Assembly: GCA_050613775.1 (NCBI GenBank)
Contig: JBODTK010000122.1
Location: forward strand, 186,001 to 250,000
Origin: Neocallimastix sp. 'constans'
Lineage: Eukaryota
Length of the DNA: 64,000 bases
Direction of reading: 5' to 3'
In this document: piece after piece, positions 1-13,105 of the stretch
How the letters are laid out: each line of letters begins with the position of its first letter
Numbering within the stretch: the stretch's first letter is position 1
Notes under the pieces: model-generated
What the model was told of the DNA's origin: nothing
The model's database searches: none
The model's input: only the letters and a program-made list of their open reading frames with translations
Translations under genes and position numbers: made by a program

Positions 1-555
1 ATATGTGTTTTTCAATTTAAATTTTACATATGACTTTAATTATATGTTTTTCAATTTTAATTATACATGAAACTTTAATTATATAAAAAATTCAGAAAAA
101 AAAAATAAATAAATACATAAAAAAATATCATGGAACCATTACAAATTAATATTATTAATTATTTATTAATTAAAATTTTAATATGAATGTGGATAAAAAT
201 ACCCCATTTTAAATATATTTTTGAAACATCATTTAGTATTATTTTCAACAACAATAATAATAGGAAATCAACAATAATATTACCATTTATATTAATATAT
301 TAATTTATATTTAATAAAAATAATTAATATTGTAATATTACTAATTATATATTAATAAATATAAAATTTTGATATAAATAGATACATACATATTTTTATA
401 TTTAATCAATATAAAAATATTATTAATATAATATAAAATAAAGAATAAAGTGTGAAATTAATCATACTTATTATAGTATTATTAATGAAAAGTTAAATTA
501 ATTTAATGTTTATTTGGATACAATAAACTAGCCGTAACAATAAAAAAAATATTAA

Positions 556-698
<143 letters not shown>

Positions 699-2364
699 AG
701 AAGTAAAAGTATAATGATTCATTGAAATATTTAAAAAAAAAAAAAAAGGCACAGAAATAATTCTTTAAATGTTAAAACTATATATATATATTTATAATAA
801 TAAAATATAAAATATTCTAATTAAATGTTTAAAATAAAGAATTATTTTTTTTAAAAATTTTATAACACTTTTTATATATTAAAATAAAAAAATAAAAAAT
901 TTATTAATAGGTTATATTATTTCAGAGGATGAAAGAAAAAAAAAAATATTAATACTGATTTTTTCTTTTTATTATAAATATTTATTAAAATGCTTTAGAG
1001 CTATAATTTATAATTTAATTTTTAATAATTATCAATTTAATGATATAATGTTTTTGTTATTATAAAATATTAATTTAACATTTAGTGATATAGAGAAAAC
1101 TATTTTTAATCATAGCAAAAAAATAATGAAATAATTAAATAAATAAATAAACAATTAACAAAATTTAAAAAAAATAATATTATTATATAAGTTAAAACTT
1201 TATTTATTTATTTTTATTTATTTAATTTTTGATAACTAAAATAAATTTTTTTTGTCTCATTTTTTTTTTTTTTTTTTTTTAATTTTTAATTTTTATTTGA
1301 TTACTTATAAATATTGTTTATTTTTATAAATATTAATACAATATAATATATGATGAAGTACAGAATATAATTTATTCATGACTTCTCTTTTTATTTTTTA
1401 TATACATGATAATTCAATCTTTTTATTGTATTGCATATTCAAATTTAATTTTTTTAAATAAATATAAAATAAATTATAGAAGAATGACCAAATATATCTT
1501 TGATATAACTATAATATTATAAATATCTATTTTTGAATCTATATATAATTTAAAAATCATGATGAATATAATCAATTTATAATCATAAACAATATACAGA
1601 ATTAATAAAATTTAATCCATATATTAATTTCTATATTACAATTTTTTTTTTCATAATATTTATATATTTCTATTATTATTCTTATTATTTCTATAATATT
1701 CATAAAAATTCATATATTAAATATGAATATTATTATTGGCTGGTTTTTTGTTGCACAACAAATCTTAATTATTATAAAATGTTTAAGAATTAGGGAAAAA
1801 AAAAAAAAAAACATTTTAAAGTATAAGTCATTAGATTTTATCCTTTTTTTTATTCACTTCTTTTTTACTTATTTTTCCTTTCCTTTTATTTTTTTTTTTT
1901 TTTTTATTTTTTTTTTTTTATTTTATTTTATTTTATTTTCATTTTCTAAATTAAGCGATTATATTTTAAATATCTTCACTATAGTATATGAGAAGTAAAG
2001 GTGTATATTTAGTATTATCATATAACAAAAGTTTAATGAAATTAAAAAGAAAATTTAATATTATATTAAAGAAAGTAATCAATATTTTTAGAATAAAATT
2101 TCAATAAATTAATAAATAATATTAGTTAAAAAATAATTAAAAGTTCTATATATATTTTTATTGTGGACAATATTAAGATGTTTAAATAAAATTTCATTAA
2201 CATTTCAATACTGTATTAATAATTAATTTATATAATCTATATAATCAAAAATTACATAAAGCATTTTCATTAAACTTTTAAATTATTTGAAATAAAAAAA
2301 ATTACAAATTATTAATTTTTATTTTTCTTATTTAATATTAATATTGTATAGATTATATTCAAAA

Positions 2365-4012
2365 ATGAAGATAACATTATCAATATTTTTTTTTACTTTA
2401 TTATTATTCATCAATAATATAAAGGCAATATGGTTACCTTCTCAAGATATGACATGGAATTATGTATTAGGAAATGATATTGATGTGTAAGTTGATTAAA
2501 TAATAAATTTACTTCTTTAATTTAAATACATTAATTGTAACAATTCAATGTTAAATGTTCTTATTTTTTTAATTATTTTTTGTATGATATGTTATGCTAT
2601 TAAATATAAATTTTTTAATTAATAACAATAATAAAATAATTAACTAATATAGAAATTCAGAAAAGGCCAATGTTGTTGATATTGATATTAGAAAGAGTGA
2701 AACAAAAATAAAAAATCTTCAAAAAAAAGGAATAAAGGTAATTTGTTATTTCTCGGTTGGTACACTTGAAAGTTTTCGTGATGATTATCCACAATTTATT
2801 GCTGTTAAAGGCTTAGTACAGAATACATATGATGCATGGCCAGATGAAAGATGGTTAGATTTTCGTGTTGAAGGTATTAAACCATTACTTAAAAATCGAA
2901 TGAAATTAGCTGTCAGTAAAAATTGTGATGCTATTGAAGTAGATAATTTAGATGGTTATCAAATGAAAGAAGTTAAAAGTTGGCCAAATCCATTAACTAA
3001 AAAAGATACAATAGTATTTGCGAAATGGTTATCTGCAACTGCTCATTCATTGGGTCTTTCTATTGGTTTAAAAAATGTACCTAGCTTAATTGATGAATTA
3101 TCAAGTTATTATGATTTTGCTATTAATGAGGAATGTATTAAATATAATGAATGTTATTTATATAAAAATTTCCTTAAAACTGGTAAAGCAGTTTTCGGCG
3201 TTACCTATTATGGATTAACTGAAAATAAGAATCAGTTATGTAAAAATTTGGATGGTCTCGGTATAAGTATGATTGTTAAATCTGGTAAAAAATTAGAACA
3301 AAGTGGTATTGTATTTAAAGGTGAAAAGTATTGCGGTGTCAGTTTTAATTCTGCAATAAATACTTGTTTTTCTATTCCACTGGGATATCCTTGTTGTACT
3401 TCCACAAAAGAAGTTATTGATACAAATGAATATGGTACTTGGGGTATAGAAAATGGTGATTGGTGTGGACTAAAAAAAGCCTCCAGTAGTAAAAGCAGTG
3501 CAAGTAGAGAAATAAATACTGGTAGTAGTAGCAGTGGTAGTAATAATAGTAGTAGTTCATGCTTTTCAAAATCTCTTGGTTTCCCGTGTTGTTCCTCCAA
3601 AAATAAAGATATTTATTTCACTGATGAAAAAGGTAATTGGGGTATTGAAAACGGTGAATGGTGTGGTATATCAGCAGCCATCAAAAATAATGCTTCTTGC
3701 TTTTCTAGTGCTCTCGGTATTCCCTGTTGTTCTTCCAAAAATGCAGAAATCTATTACAGTGACATTAAAGGTAATTGGGGTATTGAAAATGGAGACTGGT
3801 GTGGTATATCAGCAGCAAAGGTTAATAATTCCTGTTTTTCCGTTGCACTCGGTTTTCCATGTTGTTCATCAAGTGCTACTGAAGTGTTCAGAGATAGTTA
3901 TGGTAGTTGGGGTGTTGAATATGGTGAATGGTGTGGTATGTCCAAAGCAAAAACTTCAAGTAAGAAAATAAAAGTTAAAACTGTTAAAGTAATAAAAACT
4001 AAAAAGAATTAA
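2365..4012 (+). CDS. Secreted GH114 glycoside hydrolase (endo-alpha-1,4-polygalactosaminidase family) with four C-terminal fungal dockerin (CBM10-like) domains; exons 2365-2486, 2653-4012
   Basis: Exon 1 gives a signal peptide MKITLSIFFFTLLLFINNIKA then WLPSQDMTWNYVL. The GTAAGT..TAG phase-2 intron joins in frame to VVDIDI..KVICYFSVGT..WPDERWLDFR..CDAIEVDNLDGY..GLKN..INEEC (GH114 motifs). Four CFS..LG.PCC....WG(I/V)E.G.WCG dockerin repeats lie at ~3365-3937. Confidence 0.9.
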
Positions 4013-4738
4013 TTCAATCACACAAAAAAGAAAAAAAAATTAGTACAAAACAACAAAAAATATATATATATGTTTTCTAATATTGATGGTATTTAAAATA
4101 ATTTATTATATTTATAGATATTTATTAATTAATTTTTATGATTAAACAAATAAAAAAAAAAAAAATTTTTTATATAATTATTTATATATTATTTTTTTAA
4201 TATTTATTTGTATTTACTTTTTTTTTTTTTTTTTTTTTAATTTCATATACTCATTTAATTATAATTAAAATAGAATTAATATTTTTATTTAACCTATATA
4301 CTTTTAATGTAAATAATATATTTTTATTTTTATGAAATATTATGACCAAACTCTTTTGTAGAGATACCATTATAATAATAATTTTAATATTAGCAATTAC
4401 AAGAATCAAAAGTTTAAGAAAAAAATAGAAAATTTTGTTTTGTTTTATTTGAATTTTAAATTTATATTTTTAATAAAAAAAAAAAAAAAAAAATAGAAAA
4501 TTTTGTTTTGGTTTATTTGAATTTTAAATTTATATTATATGTTTAAATTTATATTTTAAAGTTAATTTTGAAAAATATAAAAAAAAAAAAAAAGAAATAG
4601 AAACTGCTTTTTTTTATTTGAATTTTAAATTTATATTAATTTGTACGTTAATTTTGAAAATACAAGAACATTATTTTTAAGAAATAACCCAACTACTCAA
4701 ACTCAATTTATGCAGCCCTATAATATACTAACGCATGT

Positions 4739-4784
<46 letters not shown>

Positions 4785-4802
4785 GTTTTTTATAATGAAC
4801 TT

Positions 4803-5135
4803 TTTCATGTTCATATATTATTATATATATAATATAAAAACTATTCAATAAGCAATGAATTAATATATATATTATATGTAGAAAAAATTATGAAGTTATT
4901 AGGAAAAAAAAAAAAAAGAGCTACTGAAGAAAAGGATTAAATCAATTATTATAATAATTTCATGTTCATTATATTATATTATATTATATTATATTATTAT
5001 ATATATAATATAAAAACTATTCAATAAGCAATGAATTAATATATATATTATATGTAGAAAAAATTATGAAGTTATTAGAAAAAAAAAAAAAAAAAAGAGC
5101 TACTGAAGAAAAGGATTAAATCAATTATTATAATA
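4803..5135. repeat. Tandem direct duplication of a ~160-bp unit
   Basis: ttcatgttcat...aaaactattcaataagcaatgaatt...gagctactgaagaaaaggattaaatcaattattataataat occurs twice, starting at ~4803 and ~4959. Confidence 0.85.
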
Positions 5136-5819
5136 ATAAATTTTAACTCTTCCCATTTATTGATGATAACTCTTTATGGATTATTACTATTATTATCGTT
5201 GACGATCTTGATAACTATAAGTCTAATGGTATACAAATTGATTATTGTTTAAAAAAAACTAATCATAATAAGTATAACATTAGTAAGGCATTCTGTGAAA
5301 TCGGGATAGAAGATTCTCTAGAAACTCATTATTGTTATTATTTATTATTATAAATTATTATTAAATTATTATTTCATTACCATATTATTTAATATTAAAT
5401 TATATATTTATAATAAAATGTTATTTAAAAAAAAAATAACATTTTATTATATAAACTACTAAACCAAAAAATTAATATTATAAAATTTAATAATTCATTT
5501 ATACAAATATTAAGAACACATTCATATAAAATTAAAATTTAATAATTCATTTATACAAATAATAAGAACACATTCATATAAAATTAACAATTTTATACTT
5601 CATTTATATAAATAATAATAAATGTATTATATAGATAATAAAAAATACATTCATTTAATATATATATATTTCATTTTTTTTTTTTTATTTTTAATATATA
5701 TATATATTTCATTTTTTTTTTTTTTATTTTTTTATTATTTTATATAAAACTGCATTAAAATATATTATTTATTTATTTTATATATAACTGTATTAAATTA
5801 AATTTATATTTTTCTTTAT

Positions 5820-6720
5820 TTTTTTTTTTACAGATAAAAAACACATATATAGATAGTAAAAAAACACATTCATGTAAAAAAATATACATATATATATATA
5901 ATTTTTTTTATCTATTATTTTATATTTAACGGTATTAAATTATATTAAATGATAAATTATTTTATATTAGACCTTTTTTTTTTTTTTTTTTTTTTATATA
6001 TATTTTTTTTTTTTTTTTTTTCTTTATTTTTTTTTTACAGATAAAAAACACATATATTGATATAATTTTTTTTTATTTTTTTTTTTCTTTATTTTTTTTT
6101 TTACAGATAAAAAAACGCATATATGGATATAATTTTTTTTTATTTTTTTTTTTTTTCTTTATTTTTTTTTTTACTTTTTTTTTATTATAATTTCTAATAT
6201 ATTTAATATTTTACCATTTTATAATCTATTTAATGTTTATCTTTTTTTTTTTTTTAATAAAAATACATTTCATTTATATATTTTATATATTTTTAATAAA
6301 ATATACTCATATATAAATATATTGTATAATTTTATTTTGATTTTATTTTTTATTTTATAAAATTTTACAGATAAAAAACGCATATATAGATATAATTTTT
6401 TTTTTATTTTTTTTTTCTTTATTTTTTTTTTTACAGATAAAAAACGCATATATAGATATAATTTTTTTTTTATTTTTTTTTTTTTTTTTCATTATTTTTT
6501 TTTTACAGATAAAAAACGCATATATAGATATAATTTTTTTTTTATTTTTTTTTTTTTTTTCATTATTTTTTTTTTACAGATAAAAAACGCATATATAGAT
6601 AGTAAAAAACACATTCATGTAAAAAAAATATACAAATATATATATATAATTTTTTTTTATCTATTATTTTATATTTAACTGTATTAAATTATATTAAATG
6701 ATAAATTATTTTATATTACA

Positions 6721-6765
<45 letters not shown>

Positions 6766-6826
6766 TTTTTATTATAATTTCTAATATATTTAATATTTTA
6801 CCATTTTATACTCTATTTAATGTTTA

Positions 6827-6859
<33 letters not shown>

Positions 6860-6975
6860 AAAATACATTTCATTTATATATTTTATATATTTTTAATAAA
6901 ATATAATAAATATACTCATATATAAATATATTGTATAATTTTATTTTGATTTTATTTTTTATTTTATAAAATTAC
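5820..6975. repeat. Complex repeat: seven copies of TACAGATAAAAAA(A)C(A/G)CATAT separated by poly-T, plus a ~400-bp block duplication
   Basis: Motif at ~5829, 6036, 6102, 6366, 6432, 6504, 6576. The block starting agtaaaaaaacacattcatg and ending ttttataaaatt recurs at ~5830-6365 and ~6576-6975. Confidence 0.8.
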
Positions 6976-6990
6976 ACTAAAATAAGATTT

Positions 6991-8291
6991 TTAAATCTTT
7001 TTAACTATTTTTTTAGTAACAACCTTCTTAACAACCTTTATTTTTTTACTAGCAGCTGTTTTGGTAGTAGTAGCCTTAACAGAAGGTTTTACCGAAGTAG
7101 TGACTTTTTTGGATGTAGTAACCTTCTTAGAAGTGGTAACTTTCTTGGAAGTCTTTTTAGTGGAACTAACCTTTTTAGTAGTGGTTACTTTTTTGTTGGT
7201 AGTTACTTTTTTGGTAGTAGTGGTTACTTTTTTAGTGGTGGAAACTTTGGATCCTGGCTTAACCGCAACACCAACAGCATTACTAAAACTACTACCACAA
7301 TGAACTTTTCCATCAAAAGTAGTACCTTCTTGAACTAACTTAGAACCTTCCTTAACAATCATACTCATACCAAGACCACTTAAATTGTTACATAAATCTT
7401 TCTTATTCTTGGCCAAACCTTTGTAAGTAACACCAAATACTGCCTTACCAGATTTAAGGAAATTATTGTAAAGATAACATTCATTATGATTGGCACATTC
7501 TTCATTGATAGCAAAATCGTAATAATCAGCTACATCATCAATAATACCTACAACATTCTTTAAACCAATAGAAAGACCTAAAGAATGGGCAGTACTACCT
7601 AACCATTTAGCAAACTTAATGGTATCAGCTTTAGTAATTGGATTTTTCCATTTCTTTACGATATCCATTTGATAGGCATCTAAATTATCAACTTCAATAC
7701 CATCACATTTTTTGCTTACAGCTATCTTCATACGGTTTTTAATTAAAGGTTTTAAACCTTCAACACGGAAATCGAGCCATCTTTCATCTGGCCAATCATC
7801 ATATACTTCCTTTACTAAACCTTTAACTTTCATATATTGATCATAGTCATCACGAAAGTCTTCTAAAGTACCAGCAGAGAAGTAACATATAACTTTAATA
7901 CCAGCATTATGAAGTTTTTGTATTTTTTCAGCACTTTTTCTGACATCAATATCAACTGCTTTTGCAGTTTCAATAGAACTATTTTATATTTATAAAATTT
8001 AATCAAAAAAAATATATATATATTTAATATCTCCATTGTTTTAAAATAAAATATGCATAGTTGTAAAATAGAATATATAAAAATAATTTAAAATTTAATC
8101 TAACTACAAAAAAAAAAAATTATTTAAAAACAGATAAATATATTAATATATTATTTTAATAATACTTACATATCAACGTCATGACCTAAAACATAATTCC
8201 AAGTGGTTTTTGGAGTAGGTTTCCATCTTGCTTCGACATTATTAGCAAATAATAATGAACATAAAGCAATGACTGGATATAAAAACTTCAT
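6991..8291 (-). CDS. Secreted GH114 glycoside hydrolase with Lys/Thr/Val-rich repetitive C-terminal tail, no dockerin; exons 8291-8170, 7978-6991
   Basis: Signal peptide MKFLYPVIALCSLLFANNVEA then RWKPTPKTTWNYVLG. The phase-2 GTAAGT intron is at the same position as in the paralog. Motifs KVICYFSAGT, WPDERWLDFR, CDGIEVDNLDAY, GLKN, INEEC; KKVTT repeats. Confidence 0.9.
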
Positions 8292-10149
8292 TTTAATTAT
8301 ATTTATATTAAATTATTAATTTATTATTAGGTTAAATTTATATATATATATTTACAAATGACTTTAAATTATTATTATTTATATTTAAAGATAATATCTT
8401 TCGTTTTTTAAAATGAATTTTTTATAATTTAATTCTTCTGTTTTTAAAAATAAATAAATTATTATTATTTATTTGAAAAGATAATATCTTTCGTTTTTAA
8501 AAAATTAATTTTATTTGAATTTAAATATTTATTCTTTAAATTTATTGTTATTAATATTTTGATTGAAATATTTATAATAATATTTCTATTTTTTTTTCTT
8601 ATTTTGCTATTTATATATATATATTTTTTTTGAAATATTTATTATATTTCTAAATTACTATTTTTTATAGTTAAAACTTATCTACAATTTTATCAAAAAA
8701 TTCAATAAATAAATTTTTAACTATATAAAATATATTTTTACTATTATTTTATAAGATGATATATTATTATATAAAACTTTGTCTTAAATTTTACTTTTTC
8801 GATACTTTTGTAAAGATTTTATACAAAAAAAATTTTTTTTTTAAAAAAAAATTTTTAAAATAAAAATAATCTGGAATAAAAATTATAAATAAAAATTAAG
8901 TTTCACAAATATATTAACCAATGATTTTCGAATATATATTCATTGGTAAATGAATAATAAAAGTTCTTTTTTTTTTTTTTTTTTTTGTTTGTAAATATAT
9001 ATATATATATTAATATTAAATTAATCTTAAAACATTAATTTTTTCAACTGATAATTAATTAATTATTGTTTTTTAAAATATTTAATAATTAATTATTTAA
9101 TTTATATATAACACTCTTTTATTAAACGTAATATAAAATGTAATATATAAAAATTATTTAATATATAAGTATTACTAATTTACTATTATTAAAATTATTA
9201 AAAAATTAAAATTATTAACTATTAATATTTATTTTAATAATTCTTTAAATATTAGTTATTCTTTAAATAAATTTAATATTGTTATTTATTATTAATCAAA
9301 TATTATTTAGTAAATATTATCTAATTATAATAATAAAATATTTAATGTTTTTAAATAATATGTAAAAAAAAATAATAAATTATAGTTATTTTAAAAAAAA
9401 AAAAAAGTTATAATAAATTATTGGCAATTCATAAAGAAAATACATATACATATATATATATTGAACTTGAATTTTAATTCAAAAGTTTATTCATGACCAA
9501 AACGATCAATTAAATTATATATATATATATAAACACATATATATGTATAAAAAAATATCAAAAATCAACTGCTCCACTTAACAAAGAATGATAATTAAAA
9601 ATCTCAAATTGTTGTTATTTTAATACTTTAATGAAAATATAATAATTGAAAAGTGAAAAACATCAATGAAATAGAATAATTGAAAAATGTGAAACTTTAT
9701 TAATTTTCATATTTTTCAATTATTCTATTTCCATTAAATATATAAAAATCTTATTTTGTTATTTTCCTCTTTCATAAATTTAAATATTTAATAATTACAA
9801 AATTATAAATATTAATAAATATTAATATAAATTGATATATATATAATTGATAAATATATTTAATGATAACGGCTTCTTTTGTGACAATTTATAATTAAAT
9901 ATAAAAATAAATAAATATATAAATAAAATAATAATAATAATAATAATAATAAAAACCTGATATTAATTCTTGAATAATTGTTAATTTATAAATTATGATA
10001 ATCATTCTATGTTTCAAATATGCATATATATATATATAAATTATTTTAATTTTGTCATAAATAAAAAATTATAAACTTAAAAAAATAAAAATAATAAAGT
10101 AAATTTTATTATTTTTAAAAAAATAAAATAATGTAAAAAAAAATAAAAT

Positions 10150-10420
10150 TAATAAATAAATAAAATAAATAAATAAATAAAATAAATAAATAAATAAAAT
10201 AAATAAATAAATAAAATAAATAAATAAATAAAATAAATAAATAAATAAAATAAATAAATAAATAAAATAAATAAATAAATAAAATAAATAAATAAATAAA
10301 ATAAATAAATAAATAAAATAAATAAATAAATAAAATAAAGAAATAAATAAAATAAAGAAATAAATAAAATAAATAAATAAATAAAATAAAGAAATAAATA
10401 AAATAAAGAAATAAATAAAA
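10150..10420. repeat. 13-bp A-rich minisatellite (TAAAATAAATAAA)n
   Basis: About 20 tandem units, with AAAG variants at the 3' end. Confidence 0.85.
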
Positions 10421-10586
10421 ACTTTATTATATAAATTAAAATAAAAAATAAAATAAATAAATATAAATAAAATAAATAAATAAAAACTTTATTATATTTA
10501 ATATATTTAATAATACAAATTATTTTATTATTTTCAAAAAAAAAAAAAAAAAATAAATAAAAAATAAAAAATAAAAAAATAAAAAT

Positions 10587-10619
<33 letters not shown>

Positions 10620-12128
10620 ATAAAAGTAAATAAAAAAAAAAAAAAAAAAAAAAAATACAAAAAAAATTTTATTATATTTAATATATTTAATAATACAAAT
10701 TATTTTAAATAAGTATATTATTAACCATTAGAATATATATTTAAAAAAAAATTTTTTTTTTTTGGTTCGTTTGCTTGTATATTTGTTGGTATTTTTATTT
10801 TCATTATGATTATTATTTTTGGAAGAATATATATATATTTTGTTATGTGTTAATTTTATATATATATTCTTCCAATAATAATAAACACATAACAAAATAT
10901 ATATGGAAATAATATATTTTTTTTTAGTTTTATTTTTTTAAATTTTTAATATTTTCAATATAATTATTTTAATAGTTTAATATTTTGTTAATACTATTTT
11001 AATATCTCAATACTATCTTAAATCATATAAAATATTAAATCATCTTTTTTGCTTTTTTTATTATTATTATTATTATTATCATTATTATATGTTTGTAAAT
11101 ATCAAAAATATAAATTAATAAATACATAATATACTATATATGGAAATTATGATTATATTTTTTATTTTTTATTTATTAATATTTTTTTTCCAATAATTTT
11201 AACAATATAAATATTTATTTATCCAATAATAATCATGTAAATGCATTAATTGAATAATATTCCAAAACTTGTGATAAATACTATTGTATATTCAATATAA
11301 ATAGTTTATATTATTTATCATTAATAGAACTTAATGTATTTATATATAAAATTTAATATAAAAATTTAATTATTGTTTATAAATAAATTTTAATTTACTA
11401 TAATAGTATTTATTATTTTTAATTAAATCACTTTTTAATATAGAATTATTAACATGTTATTAACTTTAAATTACTATCATTAAGTTCATGTTTCACAATT
11501 AATAGTTTAATTAACATTTTGTAATTAATTTAATTAATTTTAGTTTTATTTTATAAACTTATTTTCTAATTATTTGTTTATTAATAAATTAAATATTAAT
11601 TCTTCATTTACATAAATAAAATTAATTTCATGTTTTTTCATTTCATATATTTTTAATATAAATTTATGTAATTATATAAAAGTTTAACTTTTTAATATAA
11701 TAAAATCAACTTATTTTAAAATTTCAATTTATATAAACTTTATTTTTTTATTAATTTGGATGAAAATAATTTTTTATTTTAATGATTAAATTAAAAAATA
11801 ATTTTAAAAAAAGAACAAAAAAACAAATAAAAATTTTTAAAAATGCAGAATATGGTTAATTAACTTGTTATATGACACTTCCATATATTATTATATAAAA
11901 ATTTTATTATATTAGTTATTATTTGTTTATGTTTATATTCCGATTAAATATAAACAATTTTATGTAATAATATATCTGTTCTTTATAGCAAAAACTGCAC
12001 TCTATTGTAAAAACTTAAATATTTAATTATTATTTGTTTATATTCCGATTAAATATAAACAATTTTATGTAATAATAAATTTGTTCTCTATAACAAAAAT
12101 TATAGTTAATTCTCAACTATTATTTTTG

Positions 12129-12221
12129 TTATAGAGTTAATTCTTAACTATATTTATTTATTACTTATATATAAAAATAGTACTAGTAATAAATAAATAT
12201 AGTTAAGAATTAACTCTATAA
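12129..12221. repeat. Perfect inverted repeat, 37-bp arms, 19-bp loop
   Basis: ttatagagttaattcttaactatatttatttattact (12129-12165) is the reverse complement of agtaataaataaatatagttaagaattaactctataa (12185-12221). Confidence 0.9.
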
Positions 12222-12825
12222 GTAACAAAGTATTTAGAATATGTATTGACTATTATATATATATCATTTTAAGGAATAATTTATTATTTTTTATTAATTT
12301 TTTTTTATTATTTTATTTTTTAATTTTATTTTTTTATTTTTTATTATTTTTTATTTACTACTTTATTATTTTTTATTTTATTTTATTTTTTTTATTTTAT
12401 TTTTTTTATTATTTTTTATTTTATTTTTTTTATTATTTTTTTTATTTTATTTTTTTTATTTTTTTTTTTTATTTTATTTTTTTATTTTATTTTTTAAAGT
12501 GATTATATTATTAATAATTTATATTTATGTATATCTATACATAAAATTAAAATTTTAAACTTTTATATTATTAAAAAAATTTTTTAATCGCTTTTATTAA
12601 TTAAATTACTAATAAGAAAAAATTAAAAATTAACATTTTAAACTTTTGTATTATTAAAAAAAATTTTTTAAAAAAATTTTTTAAATCACTCTTATTCATT
12701 AATTAAATTACTAATAAAAAAATTAAAAATTAACATATAAAAAAATATAAAACATGAATAAAAAAATAGTTTTATAATACTAATAAATGTAATTATTTTT
12801 AAAATACGAAACTAGATTTTTAATT

Positions 12826-13105
12826 ATTTATATTATTTATATTACATAAAAACATTTTCTGTTAAGAAAAATAAAACTATGTAAAAAATAAACTGTATGA
12901 TGCTATAAATGTAAATATGATATAAATATTATGTATATTGATTAATAAAAAATATTAAATAATATATTTATATTATTTATATTACATAAAAACATTTTCT
13001 GTTAAGAAAAATAAAACTATGTAAAAAATAGACTGTATGATGCTATAAATGTAAATATGATATAAATATTATGTATATTGATTAATAAAAAATATTAAAT
13101 AATAT
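12826..13105. repeat. Tandem direct duplication, ~140-bp unit
   Basis: tatttatattatttatattacataaaaacattttctgttaag...ctgtatgatgctataaatg...aaatattaaataatat present twice, nearly identical. Confidence 0.9.

Noticed and set aside
3232..3971. Overlapping or antisense ORFs within real genes (also 7061, 20769, 21944, 24688, 25708, 30299, 30582, 40080-41614, 44009, 45334, 50703, 52518, 63565)
   Set aside because: Shadow frames produced by the codon bias and repeats of the true CDS.
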